The position numbers and the translations under genes are program-made. The notes beneath the pieces were generated by a model. That model was not told the origin of the DNA and did not search any database. It worked only from the letters and a program-made list of their open reading frames with translations. Positions 8,521 through 17,458 of a stretch of DNA of 24,451 nucleotides are shown here, in pieces. The stretch lies in the IMG/VR virus record IMGVR_UViG_3300012031_000075, positions 1 to 24,451 of that record; one strand, given 5' to 3'. This DNA comes from a virus. Taxonomy: Duplodnaviria > Caudoviricetes. The stretch's first letter is position 1, and each line of letters starts with the position of its first letter.

Positions 8521-10365
8521 ATGTCAGATATAAAGATAATTAAACCAGGTAATTCTGGATTCGGGTTTTTAATAGAATCGGATGCTGGTTACATATCTCC
8601 ACAGGATTCAAGGAACAAACCTTTTATTAGTGAAGTTAAAAAATTAGGTCAAGGGCAAATGTCCGTTAACGAGCCTTACATAGTTTATGTTGTTCTTCAA
8701 AAACATACTGTAAAAAATCGTAATGGTAGAATATATCCAAAACATATTTTAGAAAGGGAGAATAATAGATACCAAGAGCTTATCCAACAAAGAAGAGCCA
8801 TAGGTGAACTAGACCACCCTGAGTGTCATCGAGAAAGTGCAGAGGTACTTACACTGCATGGGTGGAAATTGATTAAGGATATCTCAGATAATGAAATGAT
8901 TTTTACATTAAATCCAGAGACTAATGAGATAGAAGTTAAAGAAATCTCAAAAAAAATAATTAAACCGTATAAGGGTAAAATGGTCTCTTTAGTTGGTAGG
9001 TCCATTGATTTGCAGGTTACCCCTAATCATAAATTTTGGGTAATAGATAGGTATAATAAGGGTAGGTTTATAACTGCCATGGATATTCATGAAAATAAAT
9101 TACCAGGTATATCTAAGATGTATATACCTAAGACTGGTAATTGGGTAGGTGATGATTCAAAAATATTTACTATTAAAGGTTTAAATGAATCAGAAATAGC
9201 ATTTAATTGCCCCTATAATAAAAAAATTAAATTAATGTCCGATATCCAAATACCAATGGACCTATGGGTTAAATTCTTAGGTATTTATTTGGCAGATGGC
9301 TCAGTTTCCGCTTCTAAAGTATCTAAAAGAATTAGTAGAGTTACCGAAAAAGGTGAAAATGAATATGGTTTTGAATCACCTAAGTCTGGATATATCTGTA
9401 AAATAACCCAAAAAAAAGAATCAAGTAAAGAATTAATTCGAACATTATTGGATTTATTACCATTAGATTTTAGAGAAGTTAATTTTAAATCAGGTAAGGT
9501 AGATTTTATAATAAATGATGCTAGGTTACATAAATACTTACATAAATTAGGTAAATCACATGATAAATTTATCCCTGAAGATATTAAAAATTTAAATAAA
9601 GACTTATTAACTGATTTTTTAGGATGGTTTATTATTGGGGATGGTAGGGTTAGAGATAATTACAGTGAAGTATTCTCAACATCTAAAAAATTAATTGATG
9701 ATTTACAAGAGATTATATTAAAAACTGGTAAATCTGGAAATTTGCGCATCGAAGATAGGAATTATGACAGATACTTCGGTGATAGGTTAATTAAAAAAAG
9801 TTCATCTAAAGATATTAATCGAATTAATATTTCGGAGTCTAAAGGAATTTATTTAGATAAAAGATTTTTAAAAACAGAATTAGTTGATTATGATGATAAC
9901 GTTTATTGTGTTGAGGTACCAAACCACATTTTCTATGTCAGGGACCAGGGCAAAGCTTGTTGGAATGGAAATTCATCCATTATAGCTGGTGATAGAATAT
10001 CACACACAATAATCGAAACATGGTGGGAGGGTAAAACCCTTATGGGTAAAATGGAAATATTGATGACACCTGGATATGTAAACTACGGTATAGTTTCAAC
10101 TAAAGGTGACGAAGTAGCCAACTTACTTAGAAATAATATTATGATTGGTGTTTCTTCAAGAGGTGTGGGTTCACTTAATGAAGTTAATGGTACTCATATA
10201 GTACAGGAAGATTTTGAAATCATATGTTGGGATGTAGTTACGTCACCTAGTACACCAGGGTCTTGGATGTTCAAGGATAAAATGGAAGCGAAACCATTTA
10301 CCGAATCTACACTTGAAAAAGGGAATTTAATAGTCGATAAGATAAATAAATTTCTTTTAAATTAA
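8521..10365 (+). CDS. Prohead maturation protease (T4 gp21-like) with one intein; spliced product about 231 aa
   Basis: KNRNGRIYP, GELDHP (catalytic His), IGVSSRGVGS (catalytic Ser), WDVVTSPS; lies before scaffold and capsid. Confidence 0.95.
   Translation: MSDIKIIKPGNSGFGFLIESDAGYISPQDSRNKPFISEVKKLGQGQMSVNEPYIVYVVLQKHTVKNRNGRIYPKHILERENNRYQELIQQRRAIGELDHPECHRESAEVLTLHGWKLIKDISDNEMIFTLNPETNEIEVKEISKKIIKPYKGKMVSLVGRSIDLQVTPNHKFWVIDRYNKGRFITAMDIHENKLPGISKMYIPKTGNWVGDDSKIFTIKGLNESEIAFNCPYNKKIKLMSDIQIPMDLWVKFLGIYLADGSVSASKVSKRISRVTEKGENEYGFESPKSGYICKITQKKESSKELIRTLLDLLPLDFREVNFKSGKVDFIINDARLHKYLHKLGKSHDKFIPEDIKNLNKDLLTDFLGWFIIGDGRVRDNYSEVFSTSKKLIDDLQEIILKTGKSGNLRIEDRNYDRYFGDRLIKKSSSKDINRINISESKGIYLDKRFLKTELVDYDDNVYCVEVPNHIFYVRDQGKACWNGNSSIIAGDRISHTIIETWWEGKTLMGKMEILMTPGYVNYGIVSTKGDEVANLLRNNIMIGVSSRGVGSLNEVNGTHIVQEDFEIICWDVVTSPSTPGSWMFKDKMEAKPFTESTLEKGNLIVDKINKFLLN
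8824..9972 (+). mobile_element. Protease intein (383 aa, C102-N484) with LAGLIDADG homing endonuclease
   Basis: Starts CHRESAEVLT; block B VTPNHKF; LAGLIDADG-like FLGIYLADGS and FLGWFIIGDG; block F VYCVEVPNH; ends WNGN followed by +1 Ser. Confidence 0.92.
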
Positions 10366-10480
10366 TAATTTAAATAATTTTAAATAAAAAAATCGCTTTT
10401 TATAAAAATAACACATATTTATAATCAAATGCGTAGGTTTATCTACAAATTATAAATTATACCAAAAATAAAAACATAAA

Positions 10481-11929
10481 ATGGCTGATAATAGTAAATC
10501 AATTTTAGAACAAGCTCTTTTGGATGCGAAAAGAATCCAAGAAGCCTTGAACGCCAATACCAAAGAAATACTTCGTAGCGTAGCTAGAGAAGAAATTGAT
10601 GGTTTAGTGAAAGAATCTTTAAATGAAGATTATGAGGAAGAAGATATTGAAGGAGACGAAATCGAAGGTGATGATGAAGCCGCTAGCCCGATGGCTGGTG
10701 ACGATTCTGAAATGGAAGATGAAGTTGATGTTGATGTCGATGCAATTGATATGGGTAGCTCAGAGGAAGGTGATGACCTAGAAGGTGATTACGAAACGGG
10801 AATGGATGCAGTAGCATCGGACGAGTTCGAAATGGATATGACAGATGCAAGTGATGAAGATGTAATCGCAGTTTACAAAAAATTAACTGGTGACGATGAA
10901 ATCGAAGTTGTTGTTGATGATGCAAGTGGTGATGTAACTTTAAAAGTTAACGAACCTGGCGAATTTGTAATTAAAGCTCCAAGTGCGGCTGCTGAAGTTA
11001 GTGCTGATGAATTTGAAACCGAAGATGATTTTGGTGGAGATGATTTTAGTGTCGATACTTTCGGTGATGCGCCAGAAATGGATGCTGAACCAGAAATGGG
11101 TGATGAAGAGGACGAGGATGAAGTAATGTACGAAATTGCTTTAGACGAAGAAATCGTAAGAACCGCAACTGGTGATATAAATAGTTCTATGTCTAATGAA
11201 ATCGCAAAGGGTGAAATCGAAGGACAAAAAGCCAATAAAGATTCTGATTCTGGTGATAACCTAGATGGTGGATTCGATGATGATGCAGTATCTCACGCTA
11301 ACGCTGAGGGTCCTACTGTAATGTCGGAAGAAGAAGATATCAACGAGGAAGAAATTACAGAAGAAGATGAAGAAATGGAAGGTGAAGAATCCATTGACGA
11401 AAAAATACAGGTAGGTAAGGGACGTAACGTAACTAACAACAAAACCGACATAGTTGGTGCTGGTGGTAAGGCGAATAACGTAAAAGCTCCTAATGTAACT
11501 GCCGTTAATGAAACAGTTAAAAAATACAACGCATTATTAACCGAGGCCAATGAGCTTAAAGTTAGAAATGGTGAGTATAAAGAAGCTCTTAAAAACTTCA
11601 GAACCATGTTAGCTGAAACTGTAGTTTTTAATTCAAACTTAACTTATGTAACTAAGTTATTTATGGAGCATTCAACTACAAAAACTGAAAAAGAAGGAAT
11701 CTTCAAAAGATTTGATAATGAAGTGTCAAATTTAAAAGAATCTAAAAAACTTTTCAGAACCATAGGTAGTGAATTAAGTGCTAGAAAACCACTTAACGAA
11801 TCAATGGGTAATAAATTAACAAATGAAGTTACTACTAGTGCATCGAAAAAACTAAATGAATCGACTGCTTATGTAGATAAAGAAACTTCAAGAATTGTTG
11901 ACCTAATGAATAGAGTTAACAATAGATAA
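10481..11929 (+). CDS. Prohead scaffolding/core protein (gp22-like position)
   Basis: Very acidic middle region, coiled-coil C-terminus, repeated LxE motifs; lies between protease and major capsid genes. Confidence 0.8.
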   Translation: MADNSKSILEQALLDAKRIQEALNANTKEILRSVAREEIDGLVKESLNEDYEEEDIEGDEIEGDDEAASPMAGDDSEMEDEVDVDVDAIDMGSSEEGDDLEGDYETGMDAVASDEFEMDMTDASDEDVIAVYKKLTGDDEIEVVVDDASGDVTLKVNEPGEFVIKAPSAAAEVSADEFETEDDFGGDDFSVDTFGDAPEMDAEPEMGDEEDEDEVMYEIALDEEIVRTATGDINSSMSNEIAKGEIEGQKANKDSDSGDNLDGGFDDDAVSHANAEGPTVMSEEEDINEEEITEEDEEMEGEESIDEKIQVGKGRNVTNNKTDIVGAGGKANNVKAPNVTAVNETVKKYNALLTEANELKVRNGEYKEALKNFRTMLAETVVFNSNLTYVTKLFMEHSTTKTEKEGIFKRFDNEVSNLKESKKLFRTIGSELSARKPLNESMGNKLTNEVTTSASKKLNESTAYVDKETSRIVDLMNRVNNR

Positions 11930-11966
11930 AAATAATAAAAACAAAAATTAAATAAAAACAAAAATT

Positions 11967-13736
11967 ATGTCACATTTATTAAATTCTGGGCAAGTTGGAA
12001 ATATCGGATTAAACCACATGAAGGAAGTTCGTAGACAAACCCAAGCAAAATGGGATTCTTTAGGATTCTTAGAAGGTCTTCAAGGTCACGTTAAAGAAAA
12101 CGTTGCTCAATTATATGAAAACCAAGCAACAACATTATTAGCTGAATCTACGACCGCAGCGAACTCAGGTTCATTCGAAACAGTAGTATTCCCAATCGTG
12201 AGAAGAGTATTCTCTAAATTGTTAGCTAATGATATCGTATCAGTTCAAGCTATGAACATGCCAATCGGTAAATTATTCTTCTTCGTTCCACAAACGTCTG
12301 AGAGAAATGACGATGGTTCTCACACTGCATTAGGTGGTCTTTCTCAAGGTGATAAAACTGCGGTTGCTTTACCTACATGTATTGACTTTAGTGGTTGTTC
12401 AGTAACTGAATACAAACAAAAAAGTCTTTATGACCTTTATTACAATGATGGTCTTTTTGACAACTCAAAAGGTAAAATCACTATCACCGCTGGTTTTGGA
12501 CAATTCCAAACCTTAAACAAAGATGGTGTATTTGTAACAGGAACTACAGCTGGTGTTCTACCAACTGCAACTGATGATTCACTTAGAAACGCTATCGTTA
12601 AAGTTATCGGATTCAGTTCAAGTAACGCTGGTAGATTAACTGGACCAGATGGTAATGAAATGGATACTGAAGGTTTCTTAGCTTCTTTAAAAGTTGCAAA
12701 CAACACTGGTGCTGATATTCTTGATGTAGATGGTGCGATTATCGTTGCCGATGGTGCTGAAATTCCTTTCAGATTAGTAACTCAAAAATACGGTAAAGGT
12801 ATTGTAGAATATGCTGACATTTGTGATGCGGAAGGTGCACTTTACTTAGAATTAGATTTAACTCACCCAGCCACAGCAACTCAAACCTATGATGGTTATA
12901 TTGGTGCTGACCCAGCGACTTTCGGAGCTGTAACTGGTGCTGACTTAGGTATTTCATGGTCTACTTATGCTAGTCTTGAACTAGAAACTGAAATGGGAGA
13001 AGTATCTTTCAGACTTGATGAAGTTGTTGTTTCTGTTGAAGAAAGAAAATTGAGAGCTACATGGTCTCCAGAATTAGCGCAAGATGTTAGTGCATTCCAC
13101 AACATTGATGCTGAGGCTGAATTAACTGCAATGCTTTCTGAGCAAGTTGCTGCTGAAATCGATAGAGAAATCTTAAGGGACATCAGAAAAGCTGCTGCGT
13201 GGCAAGTTAGATGGGATTACAACGGATGGAGAAAAGCTTCTTCTGCTGCAAGTCCTTATACCCAAAAAGACTGGAACCAAACTTTAATTACTAAAGTTAA
13301 CCAAGTTTCCGCTCAAATACACAAGTCTACCTTAAGAGGTGGTGCTAACTTTATAGTTGTATCTTCTGAAATCTCTGCTATCTTTGATGATTTAGAATAC
13401 TTCCACGTAAGTGATGCTAACCCAGAGCAAGACCAATACAACATGGGTATTGAAAGAGTAGGTTCATTAAGTGGTAGGTACCAAGTGTACAGAGACCCTT
13501 ATGCTCCAGCATACTCAGTAATAATCGGACATAAAGGTAAATCATTGTTAGACACTGGTTACATCTACGCACCATACGTGCCAATGCAACTTACGCCTAC
13601 AATGTACAACCCGTTCAACTTTGCACCAGTAAAAGGTATCATGACGAGATACGCTAAAAAAGTCGTAAACAACAGATTTTACGGGCATGTTAGAGTTGAT
13701 GGAGTTCCAACATTTAATATTAATGAATTAAGGTAA
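11967..13736 (+). CDS. Major capsid protein (T4 gp23-like)
   Basis: Motifs FPIVRRVF, DIVSVQAM, RKLRATWSPELAQD, IDAEAEL, EIDREI, GYIYAPYVP, GIMTRY; followed by a strong terminator. Confidence 0.96.
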   Translation: MSHLLNSGQVGNIGLNHMKEVRRQTQAKWDSLGFLEGLQGHVKENVAQLYENQATTLLAESTTAANSGSFETVVFPIVRRVFSKLLANDIVSVQAMNMPIGKLFFFVPQTSERNDDGSHTALGGLSQGDKTAVALPTCIDFSGCSVTEYKQKSLYDLYYNDGLFDNSKGKITITAGFGQFQTLNKDGVFVTGTTAGVLPTATDDSLRNAIVKVIGFSSSNAGRLTGPDGNEMDTEGFLASLKVANNTGADILDVDGAIIVADGAEIPFRLVTQKYGKGIVEYADICDAEGALYLELDLTHPATATQTYDGYIGADPATFGAVTGADLGISWSTYASLELETEMGEVSFRLDEVVVSVEERKLRATWSPELAQDVSAFHNIDAEAELTAMLSEQVAAEIDREILRDIRKAAAWQVRWDYNGWRKASSAASPYTQKDWNQTLITKVNQVSAQIHKSTLRGGANFIVVSSEISAIFDDLEYFHVSDANPEQDQYNMGIERVGSLSGRYQVYRDPYAPAYSVIIGHKGKSLLDTGYIYAPYVPMQLTPTMYNPFNFAPVKGIMTRYAKKVVNNRFYGHVRVDGVPTFNINELR

Positions 13737-13757
13737 TAACCTAAATATCAAACACTT

Positions 13758-13790
13758 AAAAAAGCCCTGAAAATTTTCAGGGCTTTTTTT
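13758..13790 (+). terminator. Rho-independent terminator after the capsid gene
   Basis: AAAAAAGCCCTGAAA-at-TTTCAGGGCTTTTTTT inverted repeat with T tail. Confidence 0.9.
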
Positions 13791-13857
13791 ATATCTTTAA
13801 TTTAATTAAAATATATTAAATTATTAATATTTGGATTGAAATTAAATGGGTTAACAC

Positions 13858-13888
13858 TTGTTTAATTTAAATAAAAGTCATATATTTG
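13858..13888 (+). promoter_or_regulatory. Bacteroidota-type promoter (-33 TTG, -7 TAnnTTTG)
   Basis: TTG(13858-60)-N20-TATATTTG(13881-88), 20 nt before the ATG at 13909. Confidence 0.6.
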
Positions 13889-13908
13889 TATTATAAAATA
13901 TAAATAAT

Positions 13909-15618
13909 ATGATAAGAATTAAATTAACAGATGGTGACATCAATGAAATAATTAACCTATACATATCTGGTGAATTGTCTAGTACCCATAAATTAGCTAC
14001 TAAATTTAAGGTGGGTCATAAAAAAATAAGTAAAATATTAAAAGATAATAACATATCAATAAATAGTAGGGGTGGACAAATAAGGGATGGTGTAACGAAT
14101 GAATTAATTAATACTAGAGTTAAGGAGATTAAGGTATCTTCTAATGATAAAAAATTAATCGCTATATGTAAATTAAATGGTAGGGTTTTTAATGATGCTA
14201 TGAATAGAAGTGGGATATTAACAAGTCATATTATTGAACATTATAAGGATGTTAATATCCCAACTAACACATATCAACGTAAAAAACATGAATTAAAATA
14301 TGGTGAAAAATGGTACGAAGAATATTTTACAATTAAAGAGGTTGATAAATGTAAAATAAGAAAGTGTAGTTTATGTGATTGGGAAACTGTGGATGTTGAG
14401 AATATTACTGGGTGTTTTGAGAAACATATTAAGGGTGAGCATTTAATATCTTTAGAATCTTATTTAACTAACTTCCCTAATGAAAGGGGTTATCATAAAA
14501 TATTTAATAAAAATAGAATAAGGAAAAGTAATTTAAATAATATTAATAAAAGTGTTACATGTGCTATATGTGGTGAGAAAATGTATGTTATTAGTAATAC
14601 ACATTTAGCTAAACATAAAATTAGTGGCTATGAGTATAAATTAAAATATTCTGGTAAATTAATGAATTCAGATTTAATTTTAAATACCGCTAAAAGGTTA
14701 TCCACTTATAATTTATCAGATAACATTAAACGAAATCAAACTAAACCTGAAATTGAGATTGGGGAATTATTATCATCATTAGGGGTTAATTTTACTACAT
14801 CAAATAGGAGCATATTAAATGGTAAAGAAATTGATATTCTAATTGATGATATTAAATTGGGTATTGAATTTAACGGAAATATTCACCATACTGAAAGTTT
14901 TGGTGGTAAAGATAGAAAATACCATATAAATAAAACTATTGGTGCCAATAATAATGGTTATAATTTAATTCACATTTTTTCTGATGAATGGAGAAATAAA
15001 AGGGATATAGTTATCAATAAATTAACTAATTTGGTTAGGTGTTTTAATGGTGTTAGTTTAGGTGGTAGGCAATGTAAAATTAAGGAAATTCAAACTACCC
15101 TTAAAAATGAATTTCTAGATACATATCATATTCAAGGTCATGATTCATCAACCATTAAATTAGGGGCTTTTTTAAATGATGAACTAGTTGGGGTAATGAC
15201 ATTTAGCGATAAGAGAAATGGGGTATATGACTTATCTAGGTTTGCCACCAACTATTCTTATAAGATATCGGGTTTAGGTTCTAAAATGTTAAAACATTTT
15301 ATAAAAAATTACGAACCTAAATCAATTATTAGTTTTGCCGATAGAAGATGGACATTGAATTCTGAAAATAATTTATATGTAAAAATGGGGTTTAAATTAA
15401 TAAATACTTTGAAACCTGATTATAGGTATTATCACCCAAATAACCATACTGAATCTAGAGACCATAAATTTGGGTTTAGAAAACAAATATTAACTAAAAA
15501 GTATCCAAATAAATTGGACATGTCCATGACCGAAGGGGAAATGGTTAAAATTTTGGGTTATGATAAGATTTGGGATTGTGGGTTATTTAAGTATGAATTG
15601 AAAATAAATGACCAATAA
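13909..15618 (+). CDS. Free-standing putative homing endonuclease: HTH, Zn-finger-like repeats, Vsr/DUF559-like PD-(D/E)XK domain and C-terminal GNAT-like domain
   Basis: N-terminal HTH-like segment; CSLC..HIKGEH and CAIC..HLAKH; EIDILIDDIKLGIEFNGNIHH; LSRFAT..GLGSKMLKHF..SFADRRW..LYVKMGF. Confidence 0.75.
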   Translation: MIRIKLTDGDINEIINLYISGELSSTHKLATKFKVGHKKISKILKDNNISINSRGGQIRDGVTNELINTRVKEIKVSSNDKKLIAICKLNGRVFNDAMNRSGILTSHIIEHYKDVNIPTNTYQRKKHELKYGEKWYEEYFTIKEVDKCKIRKCSLCDWETVDVENITGCFEKHIKGEHLISLESYLTNFPNERGYHKIFNKNRIRKSNLNNINKSVTCAICGEKMYVISNTHLAKHKISGYEYKLKYSGKLMNSDLILNTAKRLSTYNLSDNIKRNQTKPEIEIGELLSSLGVNFTTSNRSILNGKEIDILIDDIKLGIEFNGNIHHTESFGGKDRKYHINKTIGANNNGYNLIHIFSDEWRNKRDIVINKLTNLVRCFNGVSLGGRQCKIKEIQTTLKNEFLDTYHIQGHDSSTIKLGAFLNDELVGVMTFSDKRNGVYDLSRFATNYSYKISGLGSKMLKHFIKNYEPKSIISFADRRWTLNSENNLYVKMGFKLINTLKPDYRYYHPNNHTESRDHKFGFRKQILTKKYPNKLDMSMTEGEMVKILGYDKIWDCGLFKYELKINDQ

Positions 15619-15743
15619 TATCATTTAAATTTGAATCTACCGAAGATGTTGGTTTTAAAAAATGTTGGGGGTTGACTAATCTTCAACCATTGTGGGCTGA
15701 GGATAATTTAGTTAAAGGTTGTAAACTTATCAAAATTTTGTGA
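15612..15743 (+). pseudogene. 3' remnant of an HNH-type endonuclease gene
   Basis: Startless frame reads PIISFKFESTEDVGFKKCWGLTNLQPLWAEDNLVKGCKLIKIL*, matching the C..NLQPLWA.DN..KG tail of phage HNH proteins; in-frame TGA just upstream at 15609. Confidence 0.75.
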
Positions 15744-15758
15744 TATTTATTAATATGA
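15737..15758 (+). repeat. 22-bp direct repeat copy 1 (promoter-like motif plus start codon)
   Basis: TTTGTGATATTTATTAATATGA, identical to 16218-16239. Confidence 0.9.
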
Positions 15759-16213
15759 AGTTAGGTAAGATATTTAAAAAATTAATAATCGAAAGTGAAA
15801 TTAATGATATAACTTGGTATCATGGAACAACTAAAGAATTTACTAAATTCGATATTAATTTTTTTGGTGAAACCGACTCTGGTTGGTGGGGATATGGGAT
15901 ATATTTTCACACCGATAAAGATAGGGGTGGTTATGGAAATATAATCAAAACAGTTAAGTTAAACTTTAATAACCCGATTATATTGCCAACATCATATAGT
16001 GGTAGATTTTTATATAACCTTATAGGTAATGAGGCTGGGTTAAGTGGTAATTTTGTAGATGAGTCTGCAATGAATATAATCAAAGAAATAGGTAATAAAC
16101 GTTTTACAAGTTTAGCACTAAATATGGGTTATGATGGAATGGTTATTCAGTACTCACAAGGTACTAAAGAAGCTGTAGTTTTTGATGATTCTATAATTAA
16201 CATAATAGCTTAA
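15755..16213 (+). CDS. ADP-ribosyltransferase-like protein (ART-PolyVal-like) with N-terminal leader, 152 aa
   Basis: WYHGT..FTKFD, GYGIYF, GYDGM, EAVVFD. Start moved from the GTG at 15740 to the ATG at 15755. Confidence 0.7.
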   Translation: MKLGKIFKKLIIESEINDITWYHGTTKEFTKFDINFFGETDSGWWGYGIYFHTDKDRGGYGNIIKTVKLNFNNPIILPTSYSGRFLYNLIGNEAGLSGNFVDESAMNIIKEIGNKRFTSLALNMGYDGMVIQYSQGTKEAVVFDDSIINIIA

Positions 16214-16217
16214 AAAA

Positions 16218-16239
16218 TTTGTGATATTTATTAATATGA
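16218..16239 (+). repeat. 22-bp direct repeat copy 2
   Basis: Identical to 15737-15758. Confidence 0.9.
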
Positions 16240-16838
16240 GAGATTTAATTAAAAGATTATTAAACGAAGGTTTAATCAATGAAAAGAAGATGACCCTGAA
16301 TGATTTGGGTGATATAGTACTATTAACAAAGTCTACTTTAGATTCAGATGGTGGGGAATTTTTATTTTATAACTATAAATTAGAGGAACCCATTGGGTAC
16401 ATTAGTTTTGGGTACGTTCCGAATGGTGATGTATTTATGGTGGGTGGCGTATATTCACAACGTGGTTATGGTCCACTATTATATGAGTTGGCTATGACAT
16501 ATGTTTACCCAAATGGTTTAACACTATCACAAGATGGTGGCACCAGTGGTGATGCCCAGGATGTTTGGGAAAAATTCGAGATGAGGGATGACGTAAGAAA
16601 GGAACCGATTAATAGAGATGGTATGACCGAAAAGGAAGAGGATTTAATAAATGGGTGCGGTGGTGATGAGGATTGTTTAGAAGATACTAAAAAAGTTATC
16701 CAACTACATAATACTAAATTTATTTTTTCATTAGATAAAAGTTATTTAAATAAATTAATAAATGTAGGTATTGAGTATAAAAATAAATTTGATATTTCAG
16801 ATGATGACATAGAATATATGTTCTATGATTTAGAATAA
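16236..16838 (+). CDS. GNAT-fold acetyltransferase-like protein with N-terminal leader, 200 aa
   Basis: PIGYI strand, acetyl-CoA-loop-like QRGYGPLLYELAM, TSGDAQDVWEK. Start moved to the ATG at 16236. Confidence 0.6.
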   Translation: MRDLIKRLLNEGLINEKKMTLNDLGDIVLLTKSTLDSDGGEFLFYNYKLEEPIGYISFGYVPNGDVFMVGGVYSQRGYGPLLYELAMTYVYPNGLTLSQDGGTSGDAQDVWEKFEMRDDVRKEPINRDGMTEKEEDLINGCGGDEDCLEDTKKVIQLHNTKFIFSLDKSYLNKLINVGIEYKNKFDISDDDIEYMFYDLE

Positions 16839-16843
16839 ACAAT

Positions 16844-17455
16844 ATGAAGGTATTAATTAGAAGATTATTGAGTGAGGGTTTGATGGATAATACATTGATG
16901 GAGGACCTTGAGAGCGACTTTGCTAGCGTTATACCTAAATTAGAGGCTAGGTTCAGCGTGAATGTAGTTAAACCATTAGGTGAGTCCTCTGGCATTGCTT
17001 ATTTGACTAGTGATAACAGGGTGCTTAAGATAACTTCATCCGAGGGTGAGATTAAGATATCAAATAAATTAATGCAGAATCAAAATAAACACTTCCCGAA
17101 GATATATAAATTATCACAAATAACCAATAATGGTTGGCATGTAATAATTAAGGAATATATTCCAGAAGTCGGTGGTGAAATAAAACCCTTATTTACCGAA
17201 TTGGAATCATATGTAAATGAATGGTTGGATTATGATGATAGTGACACTTGGCATTTACTAAGTGAAAAAATTATGGATACTTTGGGCACTGGTTTTGAAG
17301 ATTTTTTAATGGATGCTGAACCTCACTTATTAAAATTATATCAAGATTTAATTGTAATGGTCGAATATGCTGGTCCAGTCGTTGATAACGTAGTGGATAT
17401 ACATGAGGATAACTTAGGTTATAAAAATAACAATTTTATCTTATTCGATTATTAA
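16844..17455 (+). CDS. Protein-kinase-like enzyme with N-terminal leader
   Basis: LGESSG (degenerate Gly loop), VLKIT, HFPKIY, IIKEYI, catalytic-loop-like DIHEDNLG, LFDY at the DFG position. Confidence 0.7.
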   Translation: MKVLIRRLLSEGLMDNTLMEDLESDFASVIPKLEARFSVNVVKPLGESSGIAYLTSDNRVLKITSSEGEIKISNKLMQNQNKHFPKIYKLSQITNNGWHVIIKEYIPEVGGEIKPLFTELESYVNEWLDYDDSDTWHLLSEKIMDTLGTGFEDFLMDAEPHLLKLYQDLIVMVEYAGPVVDNVVDIHEDNLGYKNNNFILFDY

Positions 17456-17458
17456 TAT

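Noticed and set aside
1499-9972. Group I introns as the explanation for enlarged portal and protease
   Set aside because: Insertions are in frame, stop-free and carry intein blocks.
8824-9972. Protease intein as class 3 because of its block F Cys
   Set aside because: It has Cys1 and lacks the Trp and Thr of the WCT signature, so class 1 is simpler.
1816-13183. Other antisense or nested ORFs in the head module (e.g. 1816-2325, 4014-4202, 4267-4572, 6849-7187, 7540-7866, 10873-11235, 12440-12706)
   Set aside because: They overlap well-supported genes and show no motifs or expression signals.
15740-16235. Shared N-terminal peptide MIFINM in two ORF-track proteins
   Set aside because: Translation of the 22-bp DNA repeat from GTG; the downstream ATGs give leaders matching the neighbouring genes.
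15737-16239. 22-bp repeat as CRISPR array or att site
   Set aside because: Only two copies flanking a whole gene; no cas or integrase gene in the window.
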